Shown piece after piece: positions 1-12,885 of a stretch of 64,000 nt of DNA. A program made the position numbers and the translations under genes. The stretch spans positions 1 through 64,000 of the forward strand of contig JAPEUG010000027.1 in assembly GCA_026025795.1 (NCBI GenBank), in the 5' to 3' direction. Numbering within the stretch: position 1 is the stretch's first letter; every line of letters begins with the position of its first letter. The notes under the pieces are model-generated. The model was not told the origin of the DNA. It saw only the letters and a list, made by a program, of their open reading frames with translations, and did no database searches. The stretch is from Thelocarpon superellum. Taxonomy: Eukaryota.

Positions 1-1033
1 GAGCGGCGGGGCGGTGGAGGGAAGTGGGGTGGAAGAGAGAGATATTGATTGTTTTGGCGGTAAGTGGGTGCTTAATCCTGCGCCGTACCGCTGGACGTTT
101 TGCTGGCAAGTGGAAGAAAGTCTCGTATCGCTACCTGGAGCCTTCCACCAGTGGTTTTGTGCGTCGCGGGCTACTTGTACGAGAGCGTGTTGGCGCCGTT
201 ACGGGTGCCTGATAATCGTCGCTCGTGGCTTGTTGCTTGTTGGCGTGTGGTAGCTCACTGCCGCGGTCCCACCAACCCACCATCCCACCTTCGTCCCGCC
301 GGCATGTCCTCCACGGGTACTGGTCCCATGCCCCTCGGCCTTGTAGGCCAATGATAACGGGCGTCGCCAACAAGACCTTTCCCACTTTCTGTTACGTTAC
401 GAGCCTAAGGCTCGCGAGCCTCGCTTGAGGGGCAAGAAGCACGAGTAGGACCAGTCCGTGGGCGCGCGAACTTTCCATGCATCTCTCGTCGCAGCCAGAA
501 ACTTCTCGACAACAATGGAAATAGGTCCATGGCCCATGGCCCGGGCCACGCCTCTCTCCGCCACACCATTGGCGAGGCTCGTCCCATCATGCGAAGACAG
601 CCCTCTCGCCACGCATACTATGCGTAGTCTCGCTCGTGACGATGAGCTCGAGGGTCAAGGTCGACTAGGGTGCCAGATGTCCTCCGTACCTATATTTGGT
701 AGGAGGCGAGATCAACATTTCGGTACTTCGTATTCGTACACGTTCGCCCATACGGGTTACTCGACCATCGGGTCTACTGTCAGGTCGAAGAAAAAGAATT
801 ATCGCATCGCCGAACGAGTCGGGCCAGGGCCTTCCTCTTGCCAATTCGAGTGGCACACTGCGGGCGGTATGATCAGACCTTGAGAGAAAAACTGGTATTT
901 CTGGCAATTTCCCGTGTCTGTCTACCTTCTATGTCCACCTTGATCGCTCTCTGACTACCGCTCTCATGTCACGTCATGTCCATCATGTTACTCTCAATCC
1001 GAATACCCACGTATCCCTGATCCGAGTGGCAAG

Positions 1034-3731
1034 TCACGACCGAGAGGACCACGCTTTCCTCAGCTTCTTCCGCGTCCGACGCGACGTACTCGACGGACTT
1101 GCCGTGGTCCCGTCCAATCCACTTGTGCCCGGAGCCGATCGGGCATCCGATCCTATCAACCCCTCTTCCTGTCGATCTTGCATCTCCAATGACAGGCCGT
1201 CATTGCTCGATGTCCTCGTGAAAGTGAGGTACGCTAATGGGCTCCGCGCGATCCGAGATGCCATTGATCGTCGACCGCTGCGGGGATGCGTCGTCTCCGG
1301 CATGGTCACAGTCGAGGGAGAGCCATGGACACTTGGAGTCGTGATATCAGTAAGCGATTTCCACCCGGGCGAATCTTCGGGAGCGGAGACCATTTCAGAG
1401 GGATGAGCATGTCGGGCGGTCGAGGAACGGCCCTCATCGAGATCATGGTCATCATCGCGATCCGATGGATCCGTCCGGCTGTGCCCGTCGTCACTGGCAT
1501 TGGTCCCATCGCTCCCGGCCCGGCGTGCTAGGGCAGGGGAAGCGTTCGTGGCAGCCTCCTCGGCAAAGATGCTCTCCACGCGCCGCGGCAAGTGGATGGA
1601 CTGTTCGGTCGAAGTGTCCGTACACAGGCTCTCGAACGAGTATCGCTCGTGTCGGACTGGCAGTAGACCGCGCTCGCCGCCGGGCACTAGGCTGGGCCTC
1701 GTGGCGAATGACTCTTGACTTGGCTGGTACCAGCCGCCTGGGAGGCGCTCCGCCGGGGCAAACCGGCCGGCCACACGCCTGGACGGCTGTACCGACATGG
1801 ATGGAGTGCGCTTCGTTGTTGCCTCGACCGCGGGCTTGAAGGTCTCTGGCACCACGTTGAGATCATCGCCCGTCGACTCGGCATGCTCGATCGCTTCCCG
1901 CACGGTAGTCGTCATGTCGGCTGCGCCTGCATCGGCGCGAGGGCCCCCCCAGGTACGTTGGCCGGCCGTCAAGATGCCATATACCATGTAGATCCAGTTG
2001 AAAAAAGGGTTGACCACGAACATGAGCGGGTACAGCCAGACCTTGAATCGTCGGAGACGGATGCCAAAGTAGATCATCAAGAGCCAGTTCAGCCCCAGTG
2101 ACACGGCGATAAAGCCAACGGGGAGATTCTGCACCTTGTTCGACGTCGTAATGATGGACAGCATCATGATGAAGAACAGTAGCGCCGTCGTACGGATGGT
2201 GTTCTGCGCCAAGCGGATGAGGCACAGGACCGGGTACTTGATCCACAGGCGCACGTCCGTCAACATGCAAGCCTCGTTGGTGATGAAGCCCAGAAACCAT
2301 CGTCGACGCTGCTTCAAGAGGCTTCGATACGTCTGCACCGCCTCCGTCTTACAGAAGGCACCGGTGCACATGCCGATCTGGTAGCGCTCCTGCGCCCCGA
2401 TCATGAACAGATGCGTCAGCCATCGATCCTCGCCGAGATGGCACTTGCCATAGTCAAAGAGGTCGTCACATTGCTCCGCCTTGTCTGCGAAGTAGTACTT
2501 GGCCATGGTGCGGAAGGCGGAGAAGCGCAGAATGGTCAAGGCGCCTGGGAGACACGTCACTGAGCCACAGCCTGACTCAACCGATCGCTCGAACAGCTGC
2601 CCATGGATGTACTCCATGTCCTGCAACAGCGTGATCAACGTGTTCTTCTCCGTCGTCGAGGTGATCACCCCCGTCATCGCGAGCATTTTCTGTTCGCTAC
2701 CGGGCTTGAGTTCCTAGGGACATCAGCGGGCCACGCCCGAGACGTCACGGCGGACCAGCCGACATACCATCTCGTAGACAAAGTTTTGGATGCACACCTT
2801 GTCCAGGATACAATCCGAGTCGATGAAGAGGATGAAGAGATTGTCATTGCGGAGGAGGTATTCGGCGTAGATCTTGTCGATGAGCTTGTACGTGCGTTTT
2901 TGGCAGTGCCGCTTCCCGCCATGTGGAAAACGAGAGACGGTCACTCGAGTGCTGCGGTAGGTGACGTCGATACTAGGGGGGTAGCTGGCTGATGTCAGGG
3001 GCACCCCCAGCTTCTCGATCGTCTTGAGGTAGAGCTCATCCTCTTGATCGCCGTCAAAGGAGAGGAAGACGTGGAGGCACGTCGGCGGGTAGTCACAGTC
3101 CACCACCGAGTCGACCGCGGTGACCAGCACGTCGGGCACTTCTTTGTAGCAGGGCATGACAATGACGACTTTCGGTGCCGTGGTCTCGTCCAGGGCGTAT
3201 TGAATGCGCTTGGTCCGACCGATGGAGTTCGTCACCAGCTGATAGACGCAGAGCAGCCAGGGGACGGTCAACAGACCGGCAAAGGTCCAGAATGCGAACC
3301 ACTGGAGGAAGGAGACCATGGCGACGGGAAAATATTGCGTCACCCGCGAGGGTAGAGGGAGGGTCACAACCATGACGGGGAGGAAGATACCCCTACGTCG
3401 GACTTGTGTCAGCTGTCAAGCCCAGGCCGCCAGACGAGTGATGCTGACCTCATGCAGGTGAAGAAGACCATTATCAGCACGGCCAAGAGCCGCGTGCTCC
3501 AGTCTTCGGCCTTTTGGATGACCTTGATGAGGCAGTACAGGAAGGCCGCCAGACCAAGGATCCATTCGACCAACGCTGCCATCATGACGGTGCCGACCAA
3601 GGCCACGTATACAATCTACCGTCCCCATCAGACCAGCTCAGGGATGGGGGACTTCGCTGCGCGATCCGACGTACATCCGCAGTCTTCCACGGACCTGTGA
3701 CGGTTGGGACACCTGCGATAGAGTGCGCCAT
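1034..3731 (-). CDS. chsD: Chitin synthase, class VI (ChsD-type), 4 exons
   Basis: GT2 motifs FDGD, IDSDC, CLPG, LGEDRWLT and QRRRW; N-terminal TM segments. Introns inferred at 3674-3616, 3448-3393 and 2767-2714 join ORFs 3409..3606, 2723..3373 and 1034..2686 in frame. Start ATG inferred at 3731. Confidence 0.9.
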
Positions 3732-5082
3732 TGCCTAGATCATGCGAAAGAGACCACGGCCCCGCCCGGTTGATGTCGTAGTGTTCGGGTGATCCCGGCG
3801 AAACGAGCGTGAAGGGTGACGGCGACGAAGAAGGAACGACAGGAGGAAGGTTACAGCAGGGAGAGGAGAGAGGTAGCGAGGTCAGGATGCGGGAGGTTGC
3901 AGATCAGAAGGTGTTGGCTTCAACGGCCTGGTGCATCGACGGGACGTGTCCAGGCGGCATGTGAGTGTCACCTTCCGGAGGCATGGCATGCTCGTCTCCG
4001 CAGATATCTACAACGCGGAAAGAGGGCAAGTTGAAGACCATTGGCCTTGCAACGGGCCAAGCGGGAAAGTGAGGGAGAATCACGTATTGTGACCTTTGTG
4101 TAGTGATCCTGTCTCGTTGGCGCTGCCTCGGCCAGTGGCATGCCACGTGGACCGGGGATCTGGCGGGAATCATCATCCAGCATCGAGGATTCACTTGACA
4201 TGGAAGCCGCTGGCAATTGGACCAAGAGAGTCTTGGTCTCGGGCCCGGGTCAGTCATCACGTTTCATCGAGCTGAGTCCACCATGGTCTTCCAGCGTGCT
4301 CGAGGTGCCATGCAGCTGAGAACGAAGGCGCCAATGAAGCAGATCTCTTGCACCAACTAATGCCACCGTCAAGCACCAGAGAATTCATGGATGCGCAATA
4401 TCGCCATGCAGTCCTGGGTTGATCTTCTATCTGGTCAAGCGTACTTCATCCTTGTCCGCGCGAAGTTGGGATCTTCGCGAAGACGGTGGAGCGTGTTTCC
4501 TGCTACGTTCATCGACGCTAACGGCGGCAAATCGGCGCCGCCCCTGCCTCCACCACCATCCAGACAATCTTTCTCTGGAGGGCAATCACGCAACGTGAAT
4601 ACTGTCGGGACTGAAGCTACTGGAAAGCTATGATCTATGTCAAACAAATTGGTCCCCCCATTCGGCTACCGTCCACGCCCCTCGCCACAGCACCTAGCAT
4701 CAGGGGCGATTACTCCACGTGGACTGCACCATCTTCTCCATGGCAGCGGCATTGAGCTAAGTATCGCAGGCCTTTCGAGAGGATTAGTTCTATGCCACCG
4801 AGAGCGACGTCTCTTCCCTCTGCGTCGGAGTCGGCCTCGGCCCATGCGTTGCATCGTAGGAGGATACCGGATTTATTGTGGCGCGTTGAGGCGACCATGC
4901 TCGACGACCCGTGGGAAGAGCACAGGAGGCTTCCTTGTGGGTCATTCAAGCAGATGACGGTAGTTATCATATCAGATGACCGTGGATCAACCATCACGAT
5001 CAAGTCCTAGCACGCCATCGCGGACGTCGATGAGCTACCGTCCGGGAGAAATCGAGGGTGGAAGGGAGAATGAGAGATCCAC

Positions 5083-8000
5083 CTACCAGTCCACGTCGCT
5101 CAGTTGCAATTTGCGTGCGCGCTGCTTGCTTCGCGTCCCCCCCGTCTTATCGAGTCTGCCGTTCGACGCTTGATTCCGGTCAAGGCCTGCGATGGACTTA
5201 GTGCTGGGGTGGAGCATGAAGGCGGGGCCAAGGTTGTCACCATCTTGCTCTTCGTCACGCAAGTCGTAGTTGAGCACGAGGCTCTTGATGCGTTGCTGCT
5301 CTTGACGTTCCGCCTGCTGTTGCGTCTTCATCGCCACCGCAAAGGTCGAGTCGGACGGCAGCTCCACCGTGCGAGTCTGCGCTGCAGTTAGCCAGCTTCG
5401 GCCAGTCGTGGGACGCGAGTCAAGACCACCGACCTGTTGCCGATTCCCACGTTTGGTGAGAAGTGAAAAGGCCATCGTCTCTGATACTTCAGTCGCCCCA
5501 CTCTCGCCCGCGTCTTCGGCCGTCGTCGTGGAGGGGTCGCGATGATGACGTCGCATGGGCAGCGGAACGTCGAACATCTGTTTGCGATCGAGCTTTCGCG
5601 AATCCAAGCTGTCGGCCAGCATTTTGGCGAATTCGCGATCAAAGTCCGCGTCGGCCTCGGGGTCGCGCTCTTCACGTTGCCGAGTCACAACGATACTCTC
5701 CTCTTCGGACTCTTCGTCGTCCGGTGCCGGCTCATCGGCGGGCGGATTCTATCGTCGGAGTCAGCGGATCGCGCCTGCCCGCACCACACCGGGAAGGCTC
5801 ACCTCCGCCTCCTCGCCCGAAGATCCACCTTCGTCCATCCCGGGGTCACGAACATCGTCCTCGTCATTGTGCTCGTCCGAAGAGGCCTCGTCCTCCGATT
5901 CCTCAAGCTCGACCGTCTTGTCTACGTCTTGAGCCTTGTAGTTTTGTGCGACCGCCTCCGTGAAGATCCGGGCGGCATCTTCCAGACCCGCCGCCAAGCG
6001 CCACTGTGGCCGGGTAATGGCAAAAGTGTCGTGCACCAAGAAGTCGACGTCCATGGGCAGCGATTCCTTGGTGAAGATGTAGTACTGGAAGAAGGTCAGG
6101 AAAAAGTCGAGCTTCTTCTTGGCCGTGCCACGGTCAAAGCACATGCCGCACGTCTCCAGCAAGGTGCACACCAAGCGGATCCGGAAGAAGTCATCTGGGA
6201 GGTCGACAGGACACAGCCGGCCAGGCTTCGGGGTGCCACCTTCTACGGCCAGCCATCAGTCAGTGTGAGACGGCAGCCAAGCGAGCGGCGACGCGCTTAC
6301 CGTGGCCGAACGTGACAATGCGGTACAGAGTATCAAAGATGATGGGCGAGTCCACCATCTTGAAGTTGTACAGCTCCCCCAGATATTTGATTTCCGAGAC
6401 GCGGCGCTGGTTGTTCCGGAAGTCGTTCTGCTCCAACCCAATCGTAATGTATTCGAGGAGGTCGTCAAGTACCCGAACCACAAAGTCTTGATGATATCGA
6501 TACAAAGCCCCCATCAGCACCGCAAGCAGATGAATATTGCTGTGCTTGACCTTGCCTGGCTTGGCAAAGATCTTGGTCAAGGTATGTACGACCTGATGCT
6601 GGGTCAGAAGATTTGCCTCACATGGGTGACAGACGTACCTCATGCTCTTCCCAGTGCAGTTTCCGAAGCTGCTTCAGGATCTTGGTGTAATTACGTTTGT
6701 TGAGGTCGAGATAGATGAGCTGGCGGATGAAGAGGTCGATCGGCGTGCGTTCCTTCTGCTGGATGGCTGCCCGGGACGGGGGATCGACATAGTAGGCGGC
6801 ATTCTCGATGAGCATGCGCTCCTGTTGGCCCAGATGCTGGGCTGATTTCTTGCGCTGTAACGTCTCCAGGAACGAGGCCATGCGCGGTGCCGTTTCCGGA
6901 TTGCGCAGCAGATAGCGTCCACAGTTCTCCAGGAGGTTGCAGATGATCTCGATGTTCATGCGGGAGAATTCGTCGATGCTGACGCGGAGACAGTGGAAGA
7001 TGACATGCTCCGGCACGACGCCGAATTTGGTCAGCTCGGCCAGGTATCGAATGTTGCTGGTGCGCACGCGGCCGAGGAAGTCCTTGTCCTTGCGTCGCTG
7101 GAGGCTACGGAACTCGGCGTCCAGGTAGGAGACCAGGCCCTGGCCGACATCGGGCATGTACCGCGAGAGGGTCGCCACCAAGCGACTGTAAGGCGCCAGC
7201 AGATCCGATCGACCTTTGGGTACCTCCTGCACGGCTTTGATCAATCGGTTCCGTGAGGCCTTGGAGTTGAGAAAACAAAAGTCGATGGCTGCTTGATCAA
7301 TCAAGTCTTTGCTTGTGAGGTCCGGCAATCGCGCGAGAAGAGCATCGACCTGTGCGCCGACCGTCTTATTGGCGATGGCGGTCGATTGGTCGTCGGTCTC
7401 GGCGGGTTTAGCCTCGGCCGGCGCCGGAGACGGTTCCGACTGGGCCTTGCTCTGTTCTGTCGCTGTCTCTGTAGGGGGGGCGACCTTGTCCTCAGACTTC
7501 TTTGCGCTTGACTCCTCTCCTTCCACCTTCTTCTTCTTGCCGTCTTCGAGGAGGACGGCAGGCACCCGGTCCTTGAGGTCCACCAGATTCTCGTAAAAGC
7601 GACGTTCCTCTTCGTCCTCCCAAATGCCGGCTCCCTCCCCGTGGCCGCGCAGGTACTCGCCCGTCTTTATCAGACCGATCCCCCCGTCGACCACGTGACT
7701 CGGATCGTCATCGCCCTTGAGATCGGGCATCTCGGCGGCCAGGGCGTCGCTCAAGACCTGGGCATTGCTGAGGAACTTCTCTTGCGCTCTGCTCTGCTTC
7801 TCAAAGTAGGCTTGGCGATCTTCGAAGATCTCGCCCGATTTGACATAGGCCTCGGCGTTGCGGCGCGCTTGGGCGGAGAGGTTTTTCTGGTCGCGGACTA
7901 GATGCTCCTTCACGTCCTGGAAGTAGCGAAGCAGGACGTTGCGAAAGCGCTGCTGCATCTCGGGCTCGATCAATGGTGGATCGGTGGTGGCAGCCATGCT

Positions 8001-8964
8001 GCCAGGCGCATCGTCCGGACCACTGGCTTCGTCCAGGTCTGAGACCAGGGCGGTGCCACCATCTTCGGCCACGGTCTTTCGGCCATCGGCGGTGGCGTGC
8101 TTCACCCCCAAGACGTCCCATCCAAAGGCTTTGACAAACAGCACGACCAGGGGCAGGCAAGCGTGTTCCCGGTCGTGGCCGAGCAAGTCCTTGAGCACCT
8201 CGAGCGGGAAGGGCTCTATGTCGGTCTGCTGATAACGGGCACCATTGGGGCCGTTCTTGTTCTTCAGCGGACCGTCGTTCGCCTTGCCACTCGCACCGCC
8301 CAAGTTCTCCTTTCCTCGGGCCGACTCGTCCGGGGGGGTGGCATCGTCCAGACTTCGCACGAGGCCGACCAACCAGAGCTCGGTGACGACCTTGAGCAAG
8401 ACTCGCTGTCGGCCCAAGCGCTCTCGTTCTTCCTTTTCCTTAGCTTCCGCACTCAAGGACTTGAGATGGGCCTTCTCGGGTGTCGCCAAGCCCCGACCAA
8501 GGAGCCAGGCGACAAAGCCGGTAAACTCAGCGGGGCCGAAACGTTGGTGGAGCGCGCTGATGATCTCGACACCAGCCGCAATGTCGGCGGGAGCTTTGAG
8601 CTTGCATAGGCCCTCATAGCAGGCAGAGATGATCTCAGAGAGGTACTTGTGTAACGACAAGGTGCGGATCTCCTGCAAGAAGGTAGGAAGAGTGGCCAAG
8701 GTGATACCGGTGCGTAGGCGCTTGATGAAGGCCGTGTTCTTCTTCAGCGAGGAATCCAACGCCGTTTTGGTATCGAAGACATCTATCTTCCTCTCAGTCG
8801 TACTTTTCGGGCAATCTCGTTGGGCAGGTCATCTCACCTTGATCCCCTGCCCAGGCACGCGCATTGAGCTGACGTAGTTCGCCTGCGACCCCACGAATGT
8901 CAGCTCTCCAGACGGTAGTTTTGGAGAGGGGTAAGGAAGACTGACGCTTGCGGCGCGTGTCCAT
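5083..8964 (-). CDS. UPF2: Nonsense-mediated decay factor Upf2/Nmd2 (MIF4G domains), multi-exon
   Basis: LDSSLKKNTAFIKRL, IWEDEEERRFYENL, YLAELTKF, YLGELYNFKMVDS, C-terminal EREQQRIKSLVLNYD-like segment; ATG-GAC-ACG-CGC-CGC-AAG at 8964 followed by short introns. Confidence 0.95.
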
Positions 8965-9271
8965 GACGTGACGTGCGACAGGAGCAGATCACCGCGGTGT
9001 CGCAATGGTGGAGGAGGAGGTCACGGGCTCCACAAAAGGAAATAATGTGGGAGAAGCTCCGAGGGCGCGGACGGAGGCATCTGGCTCAAGGTTGCCCCTC
9101 CGTGGCATTTGCGTTCACCCGCCGTGCAAATGCTGAGAGATCGAACGGATTCCGCGCGTCTACGCGGTCGTAGTCCGGGGTACGAGAGTGGGCGATGTCC
9201 CGATGATTTTTGTTCTCGAGGTTCGATGTCGAGTGGTGTATGGTGGGGCACTCAGCGATCGACCTGGACGG

Positions 9272-9302
9272 GAGACGCGAGATGCGAGATGCGAGATGCG
9301 AG
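9272..9302. repeat. Short tandem repeat (GAGAYGC) x ~4.5 upstream of UPF2
   Basis: gagacgc gagatgc gagatgc gagatgc gag read directly. Confidence 0.8.
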
Positions 9303-10259
9303 TTGTGACTGGGCGAGTTGAGAGCATCAGGCGGACGTAGGAGTGCTGCTGTGCCTCAGTCGATCAGGAGAGTTAACACATAGCGATTACAACATTTACA
9401 AAAACTACAATCTATACGTAGTAAGTTGTCAGCTCTCTAAATTCCATCAAGGCTGTGCCCTCTAGACGCTGGGAGCCTCTTGGTTGTATCAGGACGACAT
9501 TGATTTCGGGACCAGCGAATGCTAGCAAATGCTCGACCACATTCTAACGTAGGAAAGTACGATAGATGCTCCTCGCTTCGGGACCAGGAATGCCACCAGC
9601 TCAGGGAATACGTCAGACAAGGACTTCTGCTCGGCTCGGAGAATGCCGGAGCTGGGGGCCCCACCTACCATAAGGCTGATATAACGGGGAGCCCCAAACT
9701 ACCGCCAATGGCGGTGTTAACCCAAAGGTTGGGGGCACTGCGCCAACCACTACTTGCTTGTTGCTAGCCTGGCGATAAATGCAATCTAGCTTCGCATGGT
9801 CAACAAGAGGCCGGAATTTTATCTTTCAATACGTTGCTCTCAACGGCTCATGCTTGAATCTCCAGCCAGTCATGTGAGAGCATGTTCTCGGATGTGAGAT
9901 CAAGCCCTACAGAACTGGCCGCTCTCCCTGCCCTCTTAGCCTCAATCATGCTATCACAGAGATCCGCGCCTCAGCTCTGCCCATGGAGAAACGTTCCTAG
10001 TAAACGCTCGACCGCGACTCCTTCTGCTTTGATGCCATTAGTCGACCGTCATGATCGACCACTGGACAAAACTTATCGAGGTAGGATTCAGCGACGGGTC
10101 CCAATGCTCTGGATGTCGAGTACGCGAGCCCTCGGCGGGGGAGTCCAGGAGCTGGACGCGCTTCCTTTATCGACACGCAAGGCTGCTGGACGTTCTCGGG
10201 TCCCACGGACACGTCCCGCTCAAGCTTCGGTGGCGCTCCCACCATCTTAAGCACACATC

Positions 10260-10820
10260 ATGAAGATGCATGTCACCCTGGTGTTCGTACTCGCGGCCAG
10301 CCTCGAAGCCGCTGCAAATGCTGTACCCCGGTCATGGGCGGTAAGAATTCCCTCTTCGCAGGACAGGGTCCTGGCTGATAGAGCCTATGGCTGCAGCGCG
10401 GACTCGAGACCTTTCAGCCTTTTCGCCGTCCCTCAAAGCGTGTGGGCGTGTGATCTACCAGGAGGGGGATACGCCACGCACCAAGAGGAAATCGTTCTGA
10501 AACTGGGTGTTGACCTTCGAAATTTCAGCAAGAGCAACGCGAGTCCGCCCACGTTTCCGATCCCATGGACCCTTGACCAGCTTCAGTCGCTCGGTCCGCA
10601 ATGTCACCCAGACCAAGGTCTCATCGCGTACCCAATGGGCGATCATCTTGGCCCAGACTACGGTTCCTCGTGACCTGCTCAGCCCGGACAAAGTGCCGGA
10701 CCCGATCGGGTCTTATTTGATTCCAGCGGTCGCTTTTGCGCTATTGTCACGGTGATTGTAATGGGACAGCCCGCCAGCACGTCCGCTCCCACATATCAGG
10801 AGTGTGGGTCAAGGGTGTAG
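10260..10820 (+). pseudogene. Secreted RNase T1/fungal ribonuclease-fold-like protein with internal TGA (probable pseudogene)
   Basis: Signal peptide MKMHVTLVFVLAASLEAAANA. The ORF stops at TGA 10671-10673, but the same frame continues PAQPGQSAGPDRVLFDSSGRFCAIVT...TYQECGSRV* to 10820, resembling the RNase T1 C-terminal PGADRVVFN..AGVITH..FVEC pattern. Confidence 0.6.
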
Positions 10821-11162
10821 CCTATCAGTTGCACTGATCCGGTCGCAGTGGCTATGTGATTTACCCTTCTCGGCGAAACCCCACTTCCCCAACCGGATCT
10901 CTATGGGGAGATATTCTGCACTTCATTAGAACAGGGTAAGGAATGGAGGATGTTAGAGCTGCCCTGGCGTTGGAAACCGTGGCCTTGTTGGAGGCTCAGC
11001 CTCGGTTTTCGCGGGCCTCTCGGTGCATGGGTAAACATCGGAGGCGTCCACCCGGCTGATGCTCGATTTGATATGCGTAAGACGTTGGACGATGGGAGGC
11101 AAGCTACGTACAACAGAAGCAATCACTGGGATCCGTCGATCCCTGCCAACACCCAAGCTTCT

Positions 11163-12342
11163 TCACGCCGACGTAAACTCTACGGGATCCATAGTCTCTC
11201 CACCGCACATGTCACAGAAGACGTTGCGATTGACCCTCGACCGCGTTCCACAGAGACAGGAGACGGCGACCTTCAACCGATTGGGACTCGTGGATCCACG
11301 CTCAGTGGTGCGACCCCCAGGCTTAATCTGCGCCAGCGCGTATTTCTGGTCCTGCTCCGTCAGGTAGACCTCACAAGGCGCACAGAAGAAGGGGCGCCGC
11401 ATCGCGCAGCTGCATGTGGCCACTAGCTCGCCCTTCTGGATCCGCTCCCGGTGCTGCGTCGCGTGGGTGACGCACAGAAAGCGCAGCGCCAGGCCGACGC
11501 GGGCCTCGTGGACCCATGGCGTGTTGGGGACGGTACAGTTCTGAAGGTAATCGTAAGCAAGTAAAGCGTGACGCGCTTGATGGGTGAAGGGGATTTGAAT
11601 GGCTTACCCCGCAAGTATCTTCTCCGCAGCGTTGACAGCGCTGGGTGACGTTTAGATGAGGCAGCGGCATCTTCTCGATCCGCTCCACGTCGCGCTCGAA
11701 GGCGCCGTGGAGATGGAGGGGTCGGAGGTCCGCGTTGCAGGGGCCGGCGACGCTCGCCTCTCGCAGCGTTTGACGCCGGGCAACGTCGCCGCGAAGGAGG
11801 TCGAAGAACGCTCGGCCGCTGTGGGCAAGGTTGTAATGATCGCTCTGGGTCAGTTGGGACATGGTCGATATGAGGATGGGATGTTGGTGAGATATCGAAG
11901 TATTGGCATTGGACGTGGGCGGCACTCCGCTGGCGAGCAGGGAGTAAAGCGGGTGAGAGTGGGTTGGTCGGGTCGCCGCGAGAGGAAGGGCCGTGGGATG
12001 GATCGGAGTCCTCCACTTGCACAGCTCGATTTCTTGTTCCGTCTTCGCCCGCTTGGAAGGATGGGTGAGGGGACTGAAGGAGGATGGTTCTGATGAGACT
12101 GAGTCCGACGAGGATACCTTGCCTCGTTTCTTGGCCGCAGCCTTCTTTCCTCTCGATTTGACTGTCGTCGACGATGACGATTTTCGCCGTCCCTTCTTTG
12201 CTGCCGATTTGGTCGGGGTCGACTTGTCCGCAGTCTCCGCTGAGCTGGGCTGGCCAGACCCGAACATGCCCGAGCTGAGCTCGGACAGGTCACTGCTGTT
12301 CGCCTCGGGTTCGATCTGCGGAGAAGAGGACGGGGAAACCAT
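11163..12342 (-). CDS. Hypothetical protein: Lys-rich NLS-like N-terminus, F-box-like segment, Cys-rich putative zinc-binding C-terminus
   Basis: Intron GTAAGC...TTCAG (~11607-11541) joins CQRCGEDTCG to NCTVP...LCVTH...CSC...FFCAPC...CLCG...FCDMC. HPILISTMSQLTQSDHYNLAHSGRAF resembles a degenerate F-box. Confidence 0.65.
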
Positions 12343-12885
12343 GGTCAGATTTGATGGAGAATGAGCGAAGGCGAGGAGCAATAGCCGGTGTGGTGTAAAG
12401 AAAGGACGGACGAGGGATCAAGTCGTATGAGGCAGATGAATAAGTTTTCTAGAAGCACAAACAATAGCTTGGGTAGACAGTGGGAAATTGAGGCCTGGTG
12501 GCGCGGCGACAATAGAATCCTCGGACATTGCTGCTTGGCTGACAGTGAATGGTCGAAAACGTGTTCGACGTCTCTATTGAAGCTTACGTGCGGCAGCTTC
12601 CTCGCCACCAAACGAAAGATGCGTTCAATGACGATCGAGGTTCAGCGGCAATCAAGGGCCGGTCACATTTCAGTTGGCTTGATCAAGAGGAAGACGAGTT
12701 GTGTGATCTTGAAATGAAATGCCTAACGGACATGATGAGGTCTAGAAAAGATGAAAGACCGCTTCCTCGTCGATCGTCGACTCGACGTTTTCGGAATTTT
12801 TAGAAATTCGCAAACGTGACACAGCCATCCATGCACCTTCCAAAGGTATAAAAGGACGTTCTGCAGGGAGAGCTCGACGGAGTCT

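Noticed and set aside
1..960. Short ORFs at the window start
   Set aside because: No motifs or convincing gene structure; likely intergenic/UTR sequence.
4391..5010. Small ORFs between the chitin synthase start and the UPF2 end
   Set aside because: No recognisable domain; consistent with promoter/3' UTR.
9437..9800. Possible decayed secreted-protein gene on the minus strand (ATG CGA AGC TAG ... AVPPTFG)
   Set aside because: Multiple stops and only a vague resemblance to a signal peptide; cannot be supported by eye.
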